From NCBI GenBank assembly GCA_964016885.1, contig OZ024742.1, positions 199,578,001 to 199,642,000 on the forward strand: a DNA stretch of 64,000 nt, given 5' to 3'. The notes beneath the pieces are model-generated. The model saw nothing but the letters and a program-made list of their open reading frames with translations, ran no database searches and had not been told where the DNA came from. The stretch comes from Eledone cirrhosa. Taxonomy: Eukaryota. Made by a program: the position numbers and the translations under genes. Positions 14,358-29,395 of the stretch are shown piece after piece (position 1 is the first letter of the stretch; each line of letters begins with the position of its first letter).

Positions 14358-14400
14358 GTCAAAGTTCTTTCGTCACACATTCTGTGACCTCTTCAGTGAC
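14358..14400 (-). ncRNA. Minimal type I hammerhead motif in PLE 3' UTR
   Basis: Reverse complement GTCA-CTGAAGA-G-GTCAC-AGAATGT-GTGAC-GAAA-GAAC-TT-TGAC. Confidence 0.7.
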
Positions 14401-14601
14401 TGGGGATTCTTTTCTTTGTTTTTGTGCCTCTCCTTTGTTCTGTCCTACGCCATCTTGTTTCTGCGTGTGTGTTGTGTGCTCAGTCTGCACATGCGCCACA
14501 TCCGGATGTCTGTGTGTGTTTATATTCGTTTATTTATTTGTTTATTTACATGTTACAGGTTGGTTGTTTGTTCTATGTGCGTGTGTGTTTTCATTTTGTC
14601 C

Positions 14602-16535
14602 TTAATTGTAAGTTGTGATGTTGTTGTTCCACTCATGTTTTCTATTTAATTTTTGTTGTAATTCTTTTATGTTTATTGCCTCTGTGATTTGTCTAAACAT
14701 TGCGTCTTTTCTGTGTGTAGATTCTATTTTTATTTCTATGTTCTCTAATTTACCCTTATGTTCTATTTTAGCATGTTGGTAGAGTACAGATGATTCTTTA
14801 CTATCTTGAAGGTCTCGCCAGTGTTCATTTATCCGTTCCCCTACACTACGAGCTGTCTCACCTATGTACACTATATTTTTGTCTCTACATGGTTCCTCAG
14901 TACATCTTATGCTATATACGACATTTCTAGTTTTACAGTTAATATGGGGGCTTAATTTACAGGTTATACATTTCTTATCTATACAGGGGGGTCTTTGAAA
15001 AGGGTATGTCTTGTTAATAAGTGTTTTTATGGAGATACCTAGTCTTTCTACTATCTTAATATTGAGTTTATGTTTATCTAGGGCCCTTCTAAATTTGTAA
15101 GCTAATTCACTTCTAGGGGTTGTATCGATGAACATTACACTCTGGCATTTATTGCTATCATACCATGAGTTTATTCTATTAGCCTTATTCCTAGTTCTTT
15201 CTATTCTATTCCAAACTTTGCTCCTATACAAGGGGCAGGTCCCATTTGTGTCATTATTTACCATTTTTTCCCATTTGGTTCTGGCTCCTCTATACACTCT
15301 GATTTTAACTCTCTGATTGAAACCAGAGAACTGCATACGGTGGATGAAGTGTTGTATGTGTCTCTCTAGTTCTTCGGGGTTGCACATGCGGGACACGTTT
15401 CTCATCACCCGTACCAAATCCGCAATCAGTATGTTGATTTTGGTATGGTCCAAAACAGCTGAGTTTCGGTGGATCAGATATTTGGAAGTCATGGGTTTGG
15501 CATAACGGGAATGGAGGATTTGTTTTTTGTTATTAATGCTATCTAACCAGAGCTCTGTGTCTAGTACAGGTAATCGATGGTTGGGGTGTTTGCTTGGGTA
15601 GTCTATAGTAACTCTAATACTCTGGTGGATGGAGTTAGCTATTTGCTGGATGCTTTCCATTGTGTTTTTCTCTAATTCCTGACTGTTTTCTAGTGGGGGT
15701 GTTTTAACTACGATGTTTATATCATCAACGTAGCGGGAGTACATTATCAGGGTTAAGGGGTCTTCTAATTGTTCTTTAAGTTTAAGTTTAAGTCTACTGT
15801 CGCACCATACCATGAATAAGTTAGCTATGTCGCCTGCAATGCTAACACCAATGGCTGCTCCCTCCTCATGGGCATATGTTTTTCCATTAAATTTGAACAT
15901 ATGTTCCTTAAGGGTTAATTTTATGCTGGCCCCCACCGCATGTGCAATCATTTTCTTTAGTTCATCGTGGTTTTCGGGGGTCCGTATGACTCTGGTCCAC
16001 CCGTTCCATCTATCTGTGTGGGTTTTCTTGGCCATTGAGGTAATGGTAGGTGGTCTGCCTCTTGCTGGTCTTGTAGGGCACAGGTTGCTATGGTCATATG
16101 TGTCTAGATAATTATTACTATAGGTAAGTTTAAGTAGGAGTCCCAGCTCACTGGTATCAATCCCACGGAACTCAACATTGCTCTCACTGATAATTTCTAC
16201 GCATTTCGCCACAGCAAAATCCACGTCAATAGATGGGTACAGGGACGCAACATCCATACTACCTATTATGCAGTTTGTTAGGTCCCTAGATCGGTTACTC
16301 TCGCCGATTCTGCTGAGGAGGTTCTCCATGCTGTCACATACATCTGGGGACATTTCAATGATGGGGCGTATGATCAGGGAGAGGAGGTAGGGCAGTCTGT
16401 AGTTACTAGCTATGTTAGCTCCACAGATTGGCCGTGTTGGTGGTCCTGTGTCAGGGTCACTGCCCGTTTTATGGTCTTTTCGAAGCGCATACAACGCTGG
16501 CACGTCATTGTTCCAGGCCTGGAAGTTGTTGGCAG
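14602..16535 (-). CDS. PLE reverse transcriptase plus C-terminal GIY-YIG endonuclease (open frame, N-terminus missing)
   Basis: LYALRKDHK, RPICG, GSMDVASLYPSI, IANLFM, RYVDDI, LPVLDTEL, YAKPM, then CKTRNVVYSIRC...YIGETARSVGERINEH...RQITEA..LN. Confidence 0.92.
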
Positions 16536-17211
16536 TCCTTTCGTTGGGGAACGGATAATTGAACACTGGCGTAGTGTAGGGGAACGGATAAATGAACACT
16601 GGCGAGACCTTCAAGATAGTAAAGAATCATCTGTACTCTACCAACATGCTAAAATAGAACATAAGGGTAAATTAGAGAACATAGAAATAAAAATAGAATC
16701 TACACACAGAAAAGACGCAATGTTTAGACAAATCACAGAGGCAATAAACATAAAAGAATTACAACCAAAATTAAATAGAAAACATGAGTGGAACAGCAAC
16801 ATCACAACTTACAATTAAGGACAAAATGAAAACACACACGCACATAGAACAAACAACCAACCTGTAACATGTAAATAAACAAATAAATAAACGAATATAA
16901 ACACACACAGACACCCGGATGTGGCGCATGCGCAGACTGAGCACACAACACACAGAAACAAGATGGCGTAGGACAGAACAAAGGAGAGGCACAAAAACAA
17001 AGAAAAGAATCCCCAGTCACTGAAGAGGTCACAGAAACCAACCAACCGGAAATTTATAAATTCCTAAATTTATAAATTTATTAAATAAATTGAAGTGAAA
17101 GCAACAGGTGCGTGTGTTTCTTATTGGCAACATGACCCTCCCAAAGTATAACAATATCGGTTTCAACACACGTTTTCAGATAAAGAATCTTGCTAAACAA
17201 ATTCAGAAACG

Positions 17212-17259
<48 letters not shown>

Positions 17260-17265
<6 letters not shown>

Positions 17266-17563
17266 AAAAGAAATCGAAAATGCAACTGGAGTCTTTTTTA
17301 GAATATTTATTTGTTTCCTTTACCGGTTTCACAGTTCTTATGCTTTTCAAAAGTAAAATGAGATGGGGGGTTTGTAGTTTATTTGCGAGTAAAACCAAAA
17401 CCCCCATCTCATTTTACTTTTGGAAAGTATAAGAACTGTGAAACCGGTAAAGGAAACAAATAAATATTCTTAAAAAGACTCCAGTTGCATTTTCGATTTC
17501 TTTTCCTTATATTTTCACTCGTGTAGGACATCTGGTTTTTTTATTTTAAAAACTCATCATTTT

Positions 17564-17565
<2 letters not shown>
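17260..17565. mobile_element. Foldback mini-insert, family A (about 113-bp inverted arms plus about 55-nt tail)
   Basis: 17260-17373 is inverted at 17398-17510 and flanked by (TA)n. The same family occurs at 23172-23280 and 55567-55785. Confidence 0.8.
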
Positions 17566-17635
<70 letters not shown>

Positions 17636-17806
17636 AGAAACAATAGCCCGAGAAACAATTGTAATATGTCCAATAAATTCCTTTCGTCGCAACACTGATT
17701 CTCTTTTTTCTGTGATATCATACTCTGCTCTACGAGGGCATCGAGTGCTCATACGGCCTACCGCATACGGACGCTTTAAGCATCCAACACCAATTATATA
17801 TAATAA

Positions 17807-17842
<36 letters not shown>

Positions 17843-18162
17843 TATCTTATATAAATCACTGAAGGGTAGATTACAGTGAAGTACTTGAAAGAACACTTCA
17901 TAAGCGTCTTTCCCTAGGGATATACTCCCTTCAGTGATTTCTATAAGATACTCTCTCTATATATTTACTTCTCTCAATAATACGATCTTTTAACGATCTC
18001 TTTTCATTGAGATGTTATGTATATTCGTGGCAATTTTAATTATATATATATATTACGTAACTGTCTTTATCCCATTGCAGAAACTAATTAGTTGGAGTGA
18101 AAATTTAAGTAAGTAAGTTAATTTTTTTTTTAAATTTTTAAAAAAAATTTTCTTATTTTACG

Positions 18163-18230
<68 letters not shown>

Positions 18231-18232
18231 TA

Positions 18233-18265
<33 letters not shown>

Positions 18266-18371
18266 TCATATACATACATATATGTGTGTATGTATGTATA
18301 TACATATATGTATATATATATGTATGTATGTATATATGTATATATATATATGTATATATATATATATGTAT

Positions 18372-18946
18372 GTCAGGTCACCAGTTGGTACTACTGGTAA
18401 CATGTATCCCAGTACAACCTGTCTCATGGTCGGGTCGTTGGCGACTAAACTGGCAACCCCACCAAGCTTTCTTGGTGAGGAGGGTGACTTTGGACATCCT
18501 GCGGGACTAAAAACAAAACCTGTCAAAGGGCAAAAGAGCTCTTAAGAGTCAATGGCCATCCAAAATCAGCGGGAGAGATGACCCCTTAGCCTTTGTCAAG
18601 GCAGAATTCTAGGAGAAGGAAAACTCTGATATAACACCTGCAACTCTGATGGTATCCAATGATGTTGACATGTTCTTCTTTTTGGTAAATATCATCTTGG
18701 TTAAGAGAGTGGGACTGGCTTTGTGCAGTGCCTTTGCTCACTATAAAAGCTTCACAGCACTTGTCATGACAGGGTACCATGGGCCCAGCACTATGTGTCA
18801 ATAATTGTCACAAGTGTAGTGTTTGTACCAGAGTTTTCAAGTCGCTGGCTGGACTAAAAAGTCACACTCGTTCTGCGCTTCGGTAGGGGTTCTCCTACAT
18901 GGATATAAAGTAGTGGCCGTACTCGAAAACGAGTTGGCAGCCACCA
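18372..18946. repeat. Dispersed non-coding repeat of about 575 bp; second, partial inverted copy at 63589-63975
   Basis: Near-identical text on opposite strands (for example the MYQSFQVAGWTKKSHSF pseudo-ORF appears in both). Both copies are bounded by microsatellites. Confidence 0.85.
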
Positions 18947-18948
18947 TA

Positions 18949-18984
<36 letters not shown>

Positions 18985-19289
18985 CATACACACATACATA
19001 TATATATACATATATACATACATATATATACATATATGAATATACATACACACACATATATATACATGTATATATACATACGTACACACACGCACACACA
19101 CATATATGTATATACATAAGGATAAAAAGGGTGGCACACACTACAAATGCAACATAAAAACACGGACATAATCCTTCTAATCAGTAACCATTGAAGATCG
19201 CTACAGTTTCAATTCTTTAAAATTGGTACCTTTTCTTTCCTGTGTACACGAGATTGCAATAGGAAAAAATATAACAATATAGTAATATA

Positions 19290-19358
<69 letters not shown>

Positions 19359-19360
<2 letters not shown>

Positions 19361-19526
19361 AAAGACGTAAAATAAGAAAATTTTAAAAATTAAAAATCAA
19401 CTTACTTACTGAAAATTTTAGTAAGTAAGTTGATTTTTAATTTTTAAAATTTTCTTATTTTACGTCTTTCATATAATTGTTCTGCATTCACCTGCATAGA
19501 ACCACATAGGTACTAAAACATAACTT
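19359..19526. mobile_element. Foldback mini-insert (near-perfect ~52-bp arms plus tail)
   Basis: tgaaagacgtaaaataag...cttacttact is inverted as agtaagtaag...cttattttacgtctttca. A related arm is at about 18105-18168. Confidence 0.8.
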
Positions 19527-19588
19527 ATATATTTGCTAGCATCAGTGTACATCTGTACGCATATGTTGGTAGATGTACTAATTCTCTC

Positions 19589-19710
<122 letters not shown>

Positions 19711-19745
19711 CATATATATATATATATAGAGAGAGAGAGACACAC

Positions 19746-19787
<42 letters not shown>

Positions 19788-19791
<4 letters not shown>

Positions 19792-19970
19792 GTTTCTACT
19801 TTAGGCACAAGGCCAGCAATTATCCCAGTACATTACTGGTACTTTATTTTATCGACCCCGTAAGGATGAAAGGCAAAGTCAACCTCGGCGGGATTTGAAC
19901 TCAGATCGTAAAGGGACGTAACTATGCTGGAAAGCATGGCGTCAGACCCTCTACCGATACTGCCAATCCA
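19788..19970 (-). mobile_element. SINE (family with ctttgcctttcatccttacggggtcgataaaataaagtacc core)
   Basis: Near-identical copies at 39323-39509 (-), 56152-56330 (+) and 62706-63090 (+), plus many older fragments. Confidence 0.8.
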
Positions 19971-19978
19971 TATATAAT

Positions 19979-20493
19979 ACAATATGTTGAAAGGGTAACA
20001 CACTAGAGAGAGAGAGTGAGAGATGGAGAGAGAGTGTGTGTGTGCCATCAATAAAACAGGGAAGCCACCAGTGTATGGAATCTATAACCTATGGAAGGCG
20101 AGGTAGACACACAGTAATTAAAAATATAAATTTAAAAAGCATATATGCACCTCTATAACTATATAACACACGCGTACAAATCCACTCTCCTACGCACGCT
20201 GTCACATCTCTCTGCCGCGTGTTGCAGGACGGTTATTTTATATTTTCTTGTTGTCTGGAGTTGTCTGGAATGTATTTGTCTTACACACACTGATGAACCA
20301 TAGGTGATTCCATTTCAGTCAACAATTTCTTGGCGAAACAGATCTCATTGGATTTGTACGCGTGTGTTATATAGTTATAGAGGTGCGTATATACATTTTA
20401 ATTTATATTTTTAATTATTGTGTGTCTACCTCACCTTCCGTAGGTTATAGATTCCATACACTGGTGGCTCCCCTCTTTTATTGATGGCACACA

Positions 20494-20535
<42 letters not shown>

Positions 20536-20645
20536 TGTTACCCTTTCAACATATTGTTTTTTAAAGAGCTCAGGATTCCTTTTCCTTTGAGCACATAATT
20601 TACAGGGAATAACGAGGGTCTATGGCTCCGTTAATTTATCGTGAT
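19979..20645. mobile_element. Foldback insert (about 205-bp arms, central degenerate hammerhead core, tail)
   Basis: 19979-20183 is inverted at 20349-20557. The loop has CTGATGA-ACCA...TGGC-GAAA near 20290-20338. The tail runs 20558-20645 into (TA)n. Confidence 0.75.
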
Positions 20646-20647
20646 AT

Positions 20648-20730
<83 letters not shown>

Positions 20731-20737
20731 TATATAT

Positions 20738-20779
<42 letters not shown>

Positions 20780-20910
20780 TTTTTATAGAAATGACTCCTA
20801 TAAGACTAAAACTGTTTCATTCGTTTGAAATAATCAGGAAAGTGGTTCCCCGCTGACCCCTTTTGGAAAACCATTCTGAATTATACACATACATATATAT
20901 ATATCTATAC

Positions 20911-21068
20911 CTGTGGAAGACGGAACAGCTGTAATAATGACGCTGCCTGGACATTAGCAGGCGGCGAATCAATGCTGGTGATGATTCCATTGATGGTTGG
21001 TAACAAGGATTTGGCAATTTCTCCACCTCGGCACCGGTAAGACCACCGCGGACTTTCTGAATAACGAC
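20911..21068 (-). CDS. mGluR-like class C GPCR, coding exon 2 (GRYSESPRWSYRC...INGIITSIDSPPANVQAASLLQLFRLPQ)
   Basis: Acceptor ttccttag|GT and donor CAG|gtatag. 158 nt, phase 1 to 0. LLQLFRLPQ matches mGluR LLQLFDIPQ. Confidence 0.92.
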
Positions 21069-21181
21069 CTAAGGAAGAGGAAGTAGAAGAAGAAAAGGAA
21101 GCAAAAGAAGAAAAAGTAGTGATAAAGATGCGTATAAAACAGACACGCACACACACACACGCACACACACACACACACGCA

Positions 21182-21249
<68 letters not shown>

Positions 21250-21272
21250 TATATACATATATATATGTTATA

Positions 21273-21533
21273 CAGTTGTGCCCCGGTATTCGCGTGGTCC
21301 ATAAAAGTGCCTATAAATGTCAAAACATAATGTAAAAAATAAGCCGGCTTATACGGTACATTGTCATTAATAATTTAGCGTTAAAAATCGGGAAAAAAAA
21401 AATATATATTTCATAAAAAAGCCATTAAAAAATTGTTGAAGACCCTTCAAATATGCGGTGGTGTCCTCGAACAATTATTAGTTAGGTTCTAAGGAAAATC
21501 CTCGAATGTCGGGACCGTGATGCCGGAGGTACA

Positions 21534-21536
<3 letters not shown>
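21273..21536. mobile_element. Tc1/mariner-pogo type MITE
   Basis: TA|cagttgtgccccgg ... ccggaggtacactg|TA imperfect TIRs. Confidence 0.6.
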
Positions 21537-21578
<42 letters not shown>

Positions 21579-21686
21579 AATTTGGCATGAATATCCAAGT
21601 GTTATAGCACTCAGTGCATAGGACGAGTTAAGTATAATTAGTTACAACAGTAACATGTACAGGTGGGAAACCATTTTAATTATATA

Positions 21687-21736
21687 ACAGGCTGAATGAG
21701 TTGGGTTGAAGAACCCAACGAAACTTTAGTACTTGT
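21687..21736 (+). ncRNA. Type I hammerhead motif with a 1-nt core insertion (CUGAAUGA)
   Basis: ACAGG-CTGAATGA-GTTGGGTT-GAAG-AACCCAAC-GAAA-CTTTAG-TA-CTTGT. Perfect 8-bp stem II and a GUA triplet. Confidence 0.72.
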
Positions 21737-21989
21737 ACATGTAACATTAGTAACTAATATATATATATATTTTTTCTAACGATCGACTTTCGTCAAATCG
21801 GACCGAGGAAACAGTGTTTCCATTGGTCTTTCCAATTGCTAATACTATCTATCGGTCGCAACTCCAGGTAGAAGGAGCAACATGAAATAAAGTGTCTTGC
21901 TCAAGGACATAATGCATCGCCCAGTCCATGAATCGAACTCACAACCTCATGATTACGAATCCAGTTCTCTAACCACTCAGCCACACGCC

Positions 21990-23174
<1,185 letters not shown>

Positions 23175-25742
23175 AGGAAAAGAAATCGAAAATGCATCTG
23201 GAGTCTTTTAAAGAATATTTATTTGTTTCCTTTACCGGTTTCACAGTTCTTATGCTTTTCAAAAGTAAAATTGAGATGATTTTTCTCGCATCAGGTTGAT
23301 GTTCGAATGTTACTTCTGTTTTATGTGGAAAAAAGTGGCTCGAATTGCTAGGTTTTAAAAAAATAATAATTTGGTTGGTTGATGACTGTAACGTGGATAA
23401 GTATAATACATTTCGCGCCAGTTCGCGTTTGACGGTTCTTTATTGCGATTTTCACTTAAAAAAGTAGCTCAAATTGTTTTGTTTTTTTTATAAATGTAAT
23501 TTAGCTGGTTGATGAATGACTGTCACGTGAATAAATACATTAAATTTCGCGCCAGTTCGTATTTGAGTGTTCTTTATAGCCATTTTCACAGTCACATGAT
23601 TTGTCATAGAAAGTGCCTATATACATCTCTTTCATTCACACACACACATTATTTTATTCTTTTGTCAGTTTTAGCCTCCTGAGTGCAGACTGTGTATCCA
23701 GTTTAGAATAGGCACACCGCAGCATGTATGTCGTAACTGGTGATTAAATGAGTTAGCGCTAGAAAAATCAGTCTGGTCGCAAAATATTGCCTCAAACTGG
23801 ACTCCATGACGAGTATAAAACACAGGGCTCACAAAGAAACCCATGCTTTGGTGGGGAAAATGGCCTTGAAAAGTATTTTATATTTACTGTCTAGTGGATT
23901 GGCAGTATCGGTAGAGAGTCGGACAAGATGTTTTGCGGCATAGAGAATACAAAGAACTGGAAAAATGACCTCAAGAATGAAAGGCAAAGTAAATCTCGGC
24001 AGAATTTAAACTCAGAGCACATAGATCCGGCATGAATATCACAAGACATATTGTCCAACATTCTGGAATGGAATGGACATACAAGTGTTGGTAAAATTCG
24101 TTTCTTATAGTCATGTCAATTTTCAAACCTGTTTATATTATATAAACACAGTGAACTATTTCTTCTCATAAACTGGCAATTGCATGCTATCATTTTAATT
24201 CTCTACTTTCCTTTGAGAATTGTTCATATAGTTTTACCTTTGATATATCTATATCTATAACTATCTATTTATCTATCTATCTATCGAAGGAAGGGACTCC
24301 GTCGGTAACGATGACGAGTGTTCCAGTTGTTCGATCAACGAAACATCCTGCTCGTGAAATTAACGTGCAAATGGCTGAGCATTCCATAGATATGTGTTCC
24401 CTTAACGTCATTTTCTGTTAGATTCAGCATGATACACTGAACGACAAAGGTAACCCTTTGAATTATAAGTACAACTCATACGACGGGCTTCCAAACAGTT
24501 TTCGCATACCCAGATTCATTCACAAGGTTTGGACCGACCGGAGGTTAATGACATATGCCAATGATGCCATGCAGTGGTATCGAACTCGAGGTCTTATGAT
24601 TGTGGATCGAGCCTCTTAACCATTTGGCTATCCTGCTTCCTCCGATAATTTATCAATCTCAAAAGGATGAAAGGTAAAGTTGACCTTGACAGGATTTGAA
24701 ATCAGAACGTAGATATTCGGAACAAATGACTAAAAAGTATTCCTTTCTTAAAATCAGTTTAATCTATCGCCTATAGTTAACATGGGCGGGATTTGAACTC
24801 AGAACGCAAAAAATTGGAATAAATAACATAAGGTCTAACGACTTTGTCAATTCACTACATTCTCAGCAATATTTGTATTAAGGAGGTAGAAAGCCGGAAC
24901 AAATAACGCAAGGTATTTTTCTCTCATGCTCTAACAGCTCTGGTAATTTAATTCGCCGCCTATACTTAAACTGGGCGGGATTTGAACTCAGAATGCAGAG
25001 AGGCGGAACAAATAGCGGCAAAGTATTTTTTTATCTCAGGCTCTAACAACTCTGCCAAATTAATCCCCTACCCTTGTATAATAATCGACGTTTAACAGTA
25101 GGACTTCAAAAAATAACAACTACACGACCACGCCTAGTACCGACACCCTAGCAACTTGCACAGTTTGCAAAGTATTAAGGGTTATATTGTTTTAAGCGAT
25201 ATAAAACTTATGTTGTCTCTATAATAACAGTGGTTATTGTAGAAGTTTAGAATCGCAGGAAGGACGATGAAAACCAAAGGAGTGCATAGCCTGACGTATT
25301 AAGAGTTATATTGATATAAACGATATAAAACCTATGTACAAGGGGAGACCCCGTTCATTGTCTTGTCTCCAAAATAAGAGCGATTGTTGTAAAGGTGCAT
25401 GGCTAAGTAGTTAGGGTGATGAACTAATGTTCATAAGGTTGTTGATTCGCTTCTTAGATTGGGCATCACGTTGAGTTGTGTCCATGAGCAAAATACTTCA
25501 TCTTACGTTGTTCCTTCTACCAGAAGCTGCGACTGGCAAATAGTATCAGCAATGGAAAGACAAATGGAAACGTCATTTCTTTGGTCCGATCTGACGATCG
25601 GCTCTTTACTTTTTTGTTGAAGTTTAGAATCACAAAGAGGACGAGAAAGGGCACAGCTTGACGTGTTAATATATATTAATTTAAGGCTATAAAACTGATC
25701 TACGATCAATAAAATATTTTAAATGTTATATTTATAAATTCT

Positions 25743-25788
<46 letters not shown>

Positions 25789-25789
<1 letters not shown>

Positions 25790-25963
25790 GTAAAGTTATA
25801 TTTAAAATTGTTGGGTTAAACCTAGTAAATATTTATAACTGATATAAAAGCACTCGACAAATATTTGGAGTATATTTACAATATTAAATAAATGGAAAAC
25901 TATATTTATAAAACCATATTTATTTCATCTGGTTTTATAAATATAGTTTTCCATTTATTTAAT

Positions 25964-25969
<6 letters not shown>
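25789..25969. mobile_element. Foldback mini-insert (about 40-bp arms at 25877-25969, tail on the left)
   Basis: tacaatattaaataaatggaaaactatatttataaaacca is inverted as tggttttataaatatagttttccatttatttaatattgta, with (TA)n on both sides. Confidence 0.75.
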
Positions 25970-26059
<90 letters not shown>

Positions 26060-26881
26060 ACAGCTAGATCCGAACTTTGTTCGGATCTAGCTGTCGAAAC
26101 GACCGGAGTTCAGCCGTCGGGGTCCTGACTCTTTTCCTATTACCCACTCTACTACCCTAAGTATCGAGTACTCTGGTGCGTTATGGTCTCCCTGGTATCT
26201 TACCACACCATCTTTGTTATATATATATATATATTTTATTTTTTTAGTACATGTTGGTTGTTTACCGACACCTCAGTATGCAAATTGGGTAAAAGGTAAG
26301 GGCTTAAGTAAACACAGCTTAAGTAAACACAGCTTAAGTAAACACAGCACAACAAACTAAATTGAATAAATTTAACAAATGGCTTAAAACTACAAAAATG
26401 AAATATTTTGTTCATTTGTAATTCGCGGATAAAAATATTTTTCGTAAAAGTAATTCCTTCTCTCTCACTCAGGCACACGCATGCTCTAACCCCCCCCCTA
26501 CATATATGCACACACTCATACAAATATATATACACCCCACCCCCTACATATATATATATATACATACACACACACTCACACATATTCTTATCATCCCCTT
26601 TCGATATTTGTTATAACAAGGGATTTCTGCGTTGCTGCCACTACCACTACCGTCGCTTTCCTTCTCTTTCTCTCTCTTTCGCACACACTCTTACCACTCC
26701 CTTTCCACTCCACAGCGTGATCAATATTTTAGGCCTTTCTCTCTCTCTCTTTCCCTCCCTTCCTCTCCCTTCCTCTCCGACTCTCTTTTTCTCTCATTCT
26801 CTTTCTTTCACATCCTTTTTAGCGTGACAGACAACTTGCAGCACAGAAACACAGACTTTAATATAATAGATTGTTGTAGTA

Positions 26882-27014
<133 letters not shown>

Positions 27015-27322
27015 AAGAGAGTGAAAGAGAGAGAGAGAGAGAGAGAGAGAATGATGAAGTGCGAGAAAGCATGAAGAAGGATAGAGTTTGCCAAGTTTTA
27101 AAAGTTATATTAATATAAACGATATAGAACCTATATAAGAAGAGAGACCCCCTATAATAAACCACACCAACGTACCATGTGTGTTCCTGTAACTTTTTAA
27201 ACATTTACACAAACATACAAACATACACAAATACAATTTCTATATCCAGTTATATTGCTATAATCGCCAACCGTAATAATATGCCATATGTATTTCTCTA
27301 TTTGTTTATACAAACACACACA

Positions 27323-27472
<150 letters not shown>

Positions 27473-27835
27473 TATATATTATCATTAGTAAAAATAAAAA
27501 GGTTAAGCAAAGAATTTCTGCTTTCACCCTAAGCGGGATCATCTGAAACTAAGAAACTCAATCTATAGACGCAGAAGTAAATATAAATATATATAAAATA
27601 AATATCGTTTTTTACAAAATATAAAAAATTAGAAACATTGGTGGAGAAGTTAAACACAGCTCAAAATAGAGTAATTTATTATAATAAGCAGTACAAAAGG
27701 CTATGTTTCATACTTCTTTGAAAGAATTTTCGAAAAAAGCATGTATACAAAATCCTATTGTGCTAAAAATAATAATTACACATGAAGCAAATTATTCATT
27801 AAAATAGACGCCAAATACGTTTTTACATTAAATGT

Positions 27836-27880
27836 TGATTTACGAACGTTTCATCCCCTCCCTGGGACTTGTCAGAATCA
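27836..27880 (-). ncRNA. Hammerhead-like motif with variant core (CUGACAA)
   Basis: Reverse complement TGATT-CTGACAA-GTCCC-AGGGAG-GGGAT-GAAA-CGTTCG-TA-AATCA. All three stems pair, but G8 is replaced by A. Confidence 0.6.
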
Positions 27881-28340
27881 TTTAATTAATATTAAAAACT
27901 CATTATAATCTCACCAAAACACTCGACAGCCAGCAGTCAAAGAAATTATTTACATTTAAAAAACTTCGAAATGACGCCATAATGCATGGAAAACCTGTTA
28001 TCAAACTACAGAAATATAACGTCAAACCACTGTTATAGTTATGTGCTAGAGTGGTTTGGCGTTATATTTCAAGACTATATTGACGTTATATTTCAAGGCT
28101 ATATTTCCAGCTGATACGCAACATTTAATCGTGAGTCGAACTAACACCTTAACCACTAAGCTACGCGCCGTCATGTTACAGGTTATATTGATATAGGCGA
28201 TATAAGACCTATGTGTAAGGAGAGACGCGACTGCTCGCCCCTCCTTACACTGCCTTTATCATGGTTTCTAAGTTTAGGATAAAGTCAATAAATTTCTGGA
28301 GAAGGAAAAGTCAATTATGCCGACACCAGTACTTGACTTG

Positions 28341-28630
28341 TGGAGGCGAGTGGCCTTGTGGTTAGGGTGTTGAACTTCCGATCATAACATCGTAAGTTTG
28401 ATTCCTGGACTGGGTTGTGTGTTGTCTTCTTGAACAAAACACTTCATTTTACATTGCTTCAGTGTACCCAGCTGAAAATGAGGACTAGAAATAGCTGGGG
28501 GTTTAACCTTGTGATGGATTGGCGTCCTATCCAGTGGGAAGTCTTGTACTCTCAGTCGCTTCACATTACGGAAACTAGTATATACACCGGCCAGATGAGC
28601 CTCCGGGCTCGAGACAGACTTTAGACTTCT
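28341..28630 (+). mobile_element. tRNA-derived SINE
   Basis: Box A-like tggccttgtggttagg and box B-like gtttgattcc. Related minus-strand copy at 54337-54612, and heads near 10215, 25395, 47440 and 61840. Confidence 0.7.
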
Positions 28631-28869
28631 TTTGTTTAGTACTTGATTGTTACTTTATATTATCGATCGTGGAAGTATGAATGACAAAGTTGACTTCAGT
28701 GGCATTTGAACTCAGAAAGTAAAAAGCTGGAATACTGTTAAGCATTTCTCCACTGCCCTACGCTGGTTCTATAATAGCAATTGTAGCAGCTTCAAATAAA
28801 CACAGAAGACTAGAAAAGTTAAGGAAAGACAGTTTGAAATATTATTGTATCTATTCGTTGTCAATAACA

Positions 28870-29395
28870 TATCCTTTAATGATGATGGGAACAGAACCAG
28901 TGATGAATGCTGTGAATAGAATAGAGCCTGTGATGAATGCTGTGTAGAAAAATGGGAAGAGATGGTTAGATCAAGTGTTGAGGAAGGCTAGAAGTAACTG
29001 AATGATGGGAATATAGTGTGCGATAAATGTTGTGAAGAAAATAGAGACTGTGATGTATGTTGTGTAGAAAAATGGAATGAGATGGTTAGGTCATGTGTGA
29101 GGAAGGTTAAAAGGGACTGAATGATGGGAATAGAAGAATTAATTAATGTTGTGAAGAGAAATGGAATGAGCTGGTTTGGTTATGTGTTGAGGTCGAGTGA
29201 ATGTGACTTAGTGAGAGGAGCGATGAAAATGAATGTGGAAGAAAGAAGAAGGAGAAGACCAAGAATGACATGGCTAAATATGATGTGGGGCGATATGATG
29301 AGGAGAGATGCAGACGATGGGGGGAAAATGGAGAAACTTTTCACGAGAACCTGCAAAGCTAACCCTTGATGGCCTTAAAATGCTTATTATTGTTG
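28870..29395 (+). mobile_element. Decayed RTE LINE 3' fragment with internal duplications
   Basis: MGIEELINVVKRNGMSWFGYVLR...RRRRPRMTW, typical of an RTE C-terminus. Confidence 0.7.

Larger units (their letters stand above)
14209..17215 (-). mobile_element. Penelope-like retroelement, 5'-truncated, with inverted pseudo-LTR, inserted in (TA)n
   Basis: RT plus GIY-YIG ORF. 14209-14850 is repeated in inverted orientation at 16570-17155, followed by an extra ~60-nt tail. Hammerhead in the 3' UTR and (TA)n on both sides. Confidence 0.93.

Noticed and set aside
14602-16535. Selenoprotein-type PLE (in-frame UGA)
   Set aside because: The ORF has no internal UGA, and I recognised no SECIS element.
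16536-16614. N-terminus of the 670-aa ORF (MKVSPVFIYPFPY...)
   Set aside because: It reads through the inversion junction and is not the element's real start.
16471-16818. Separate plus-strand 115-aa gene
   Set aside because: It is the inverted copy of the PLE endonuclease C-terminus.
27505-27550. Hammerhead-like CAGATGA..GAAA on the minus strand (relative near 4915)
   Set aside because: The core is mutated and stem III is missing, so it is at most a decayed remnant.
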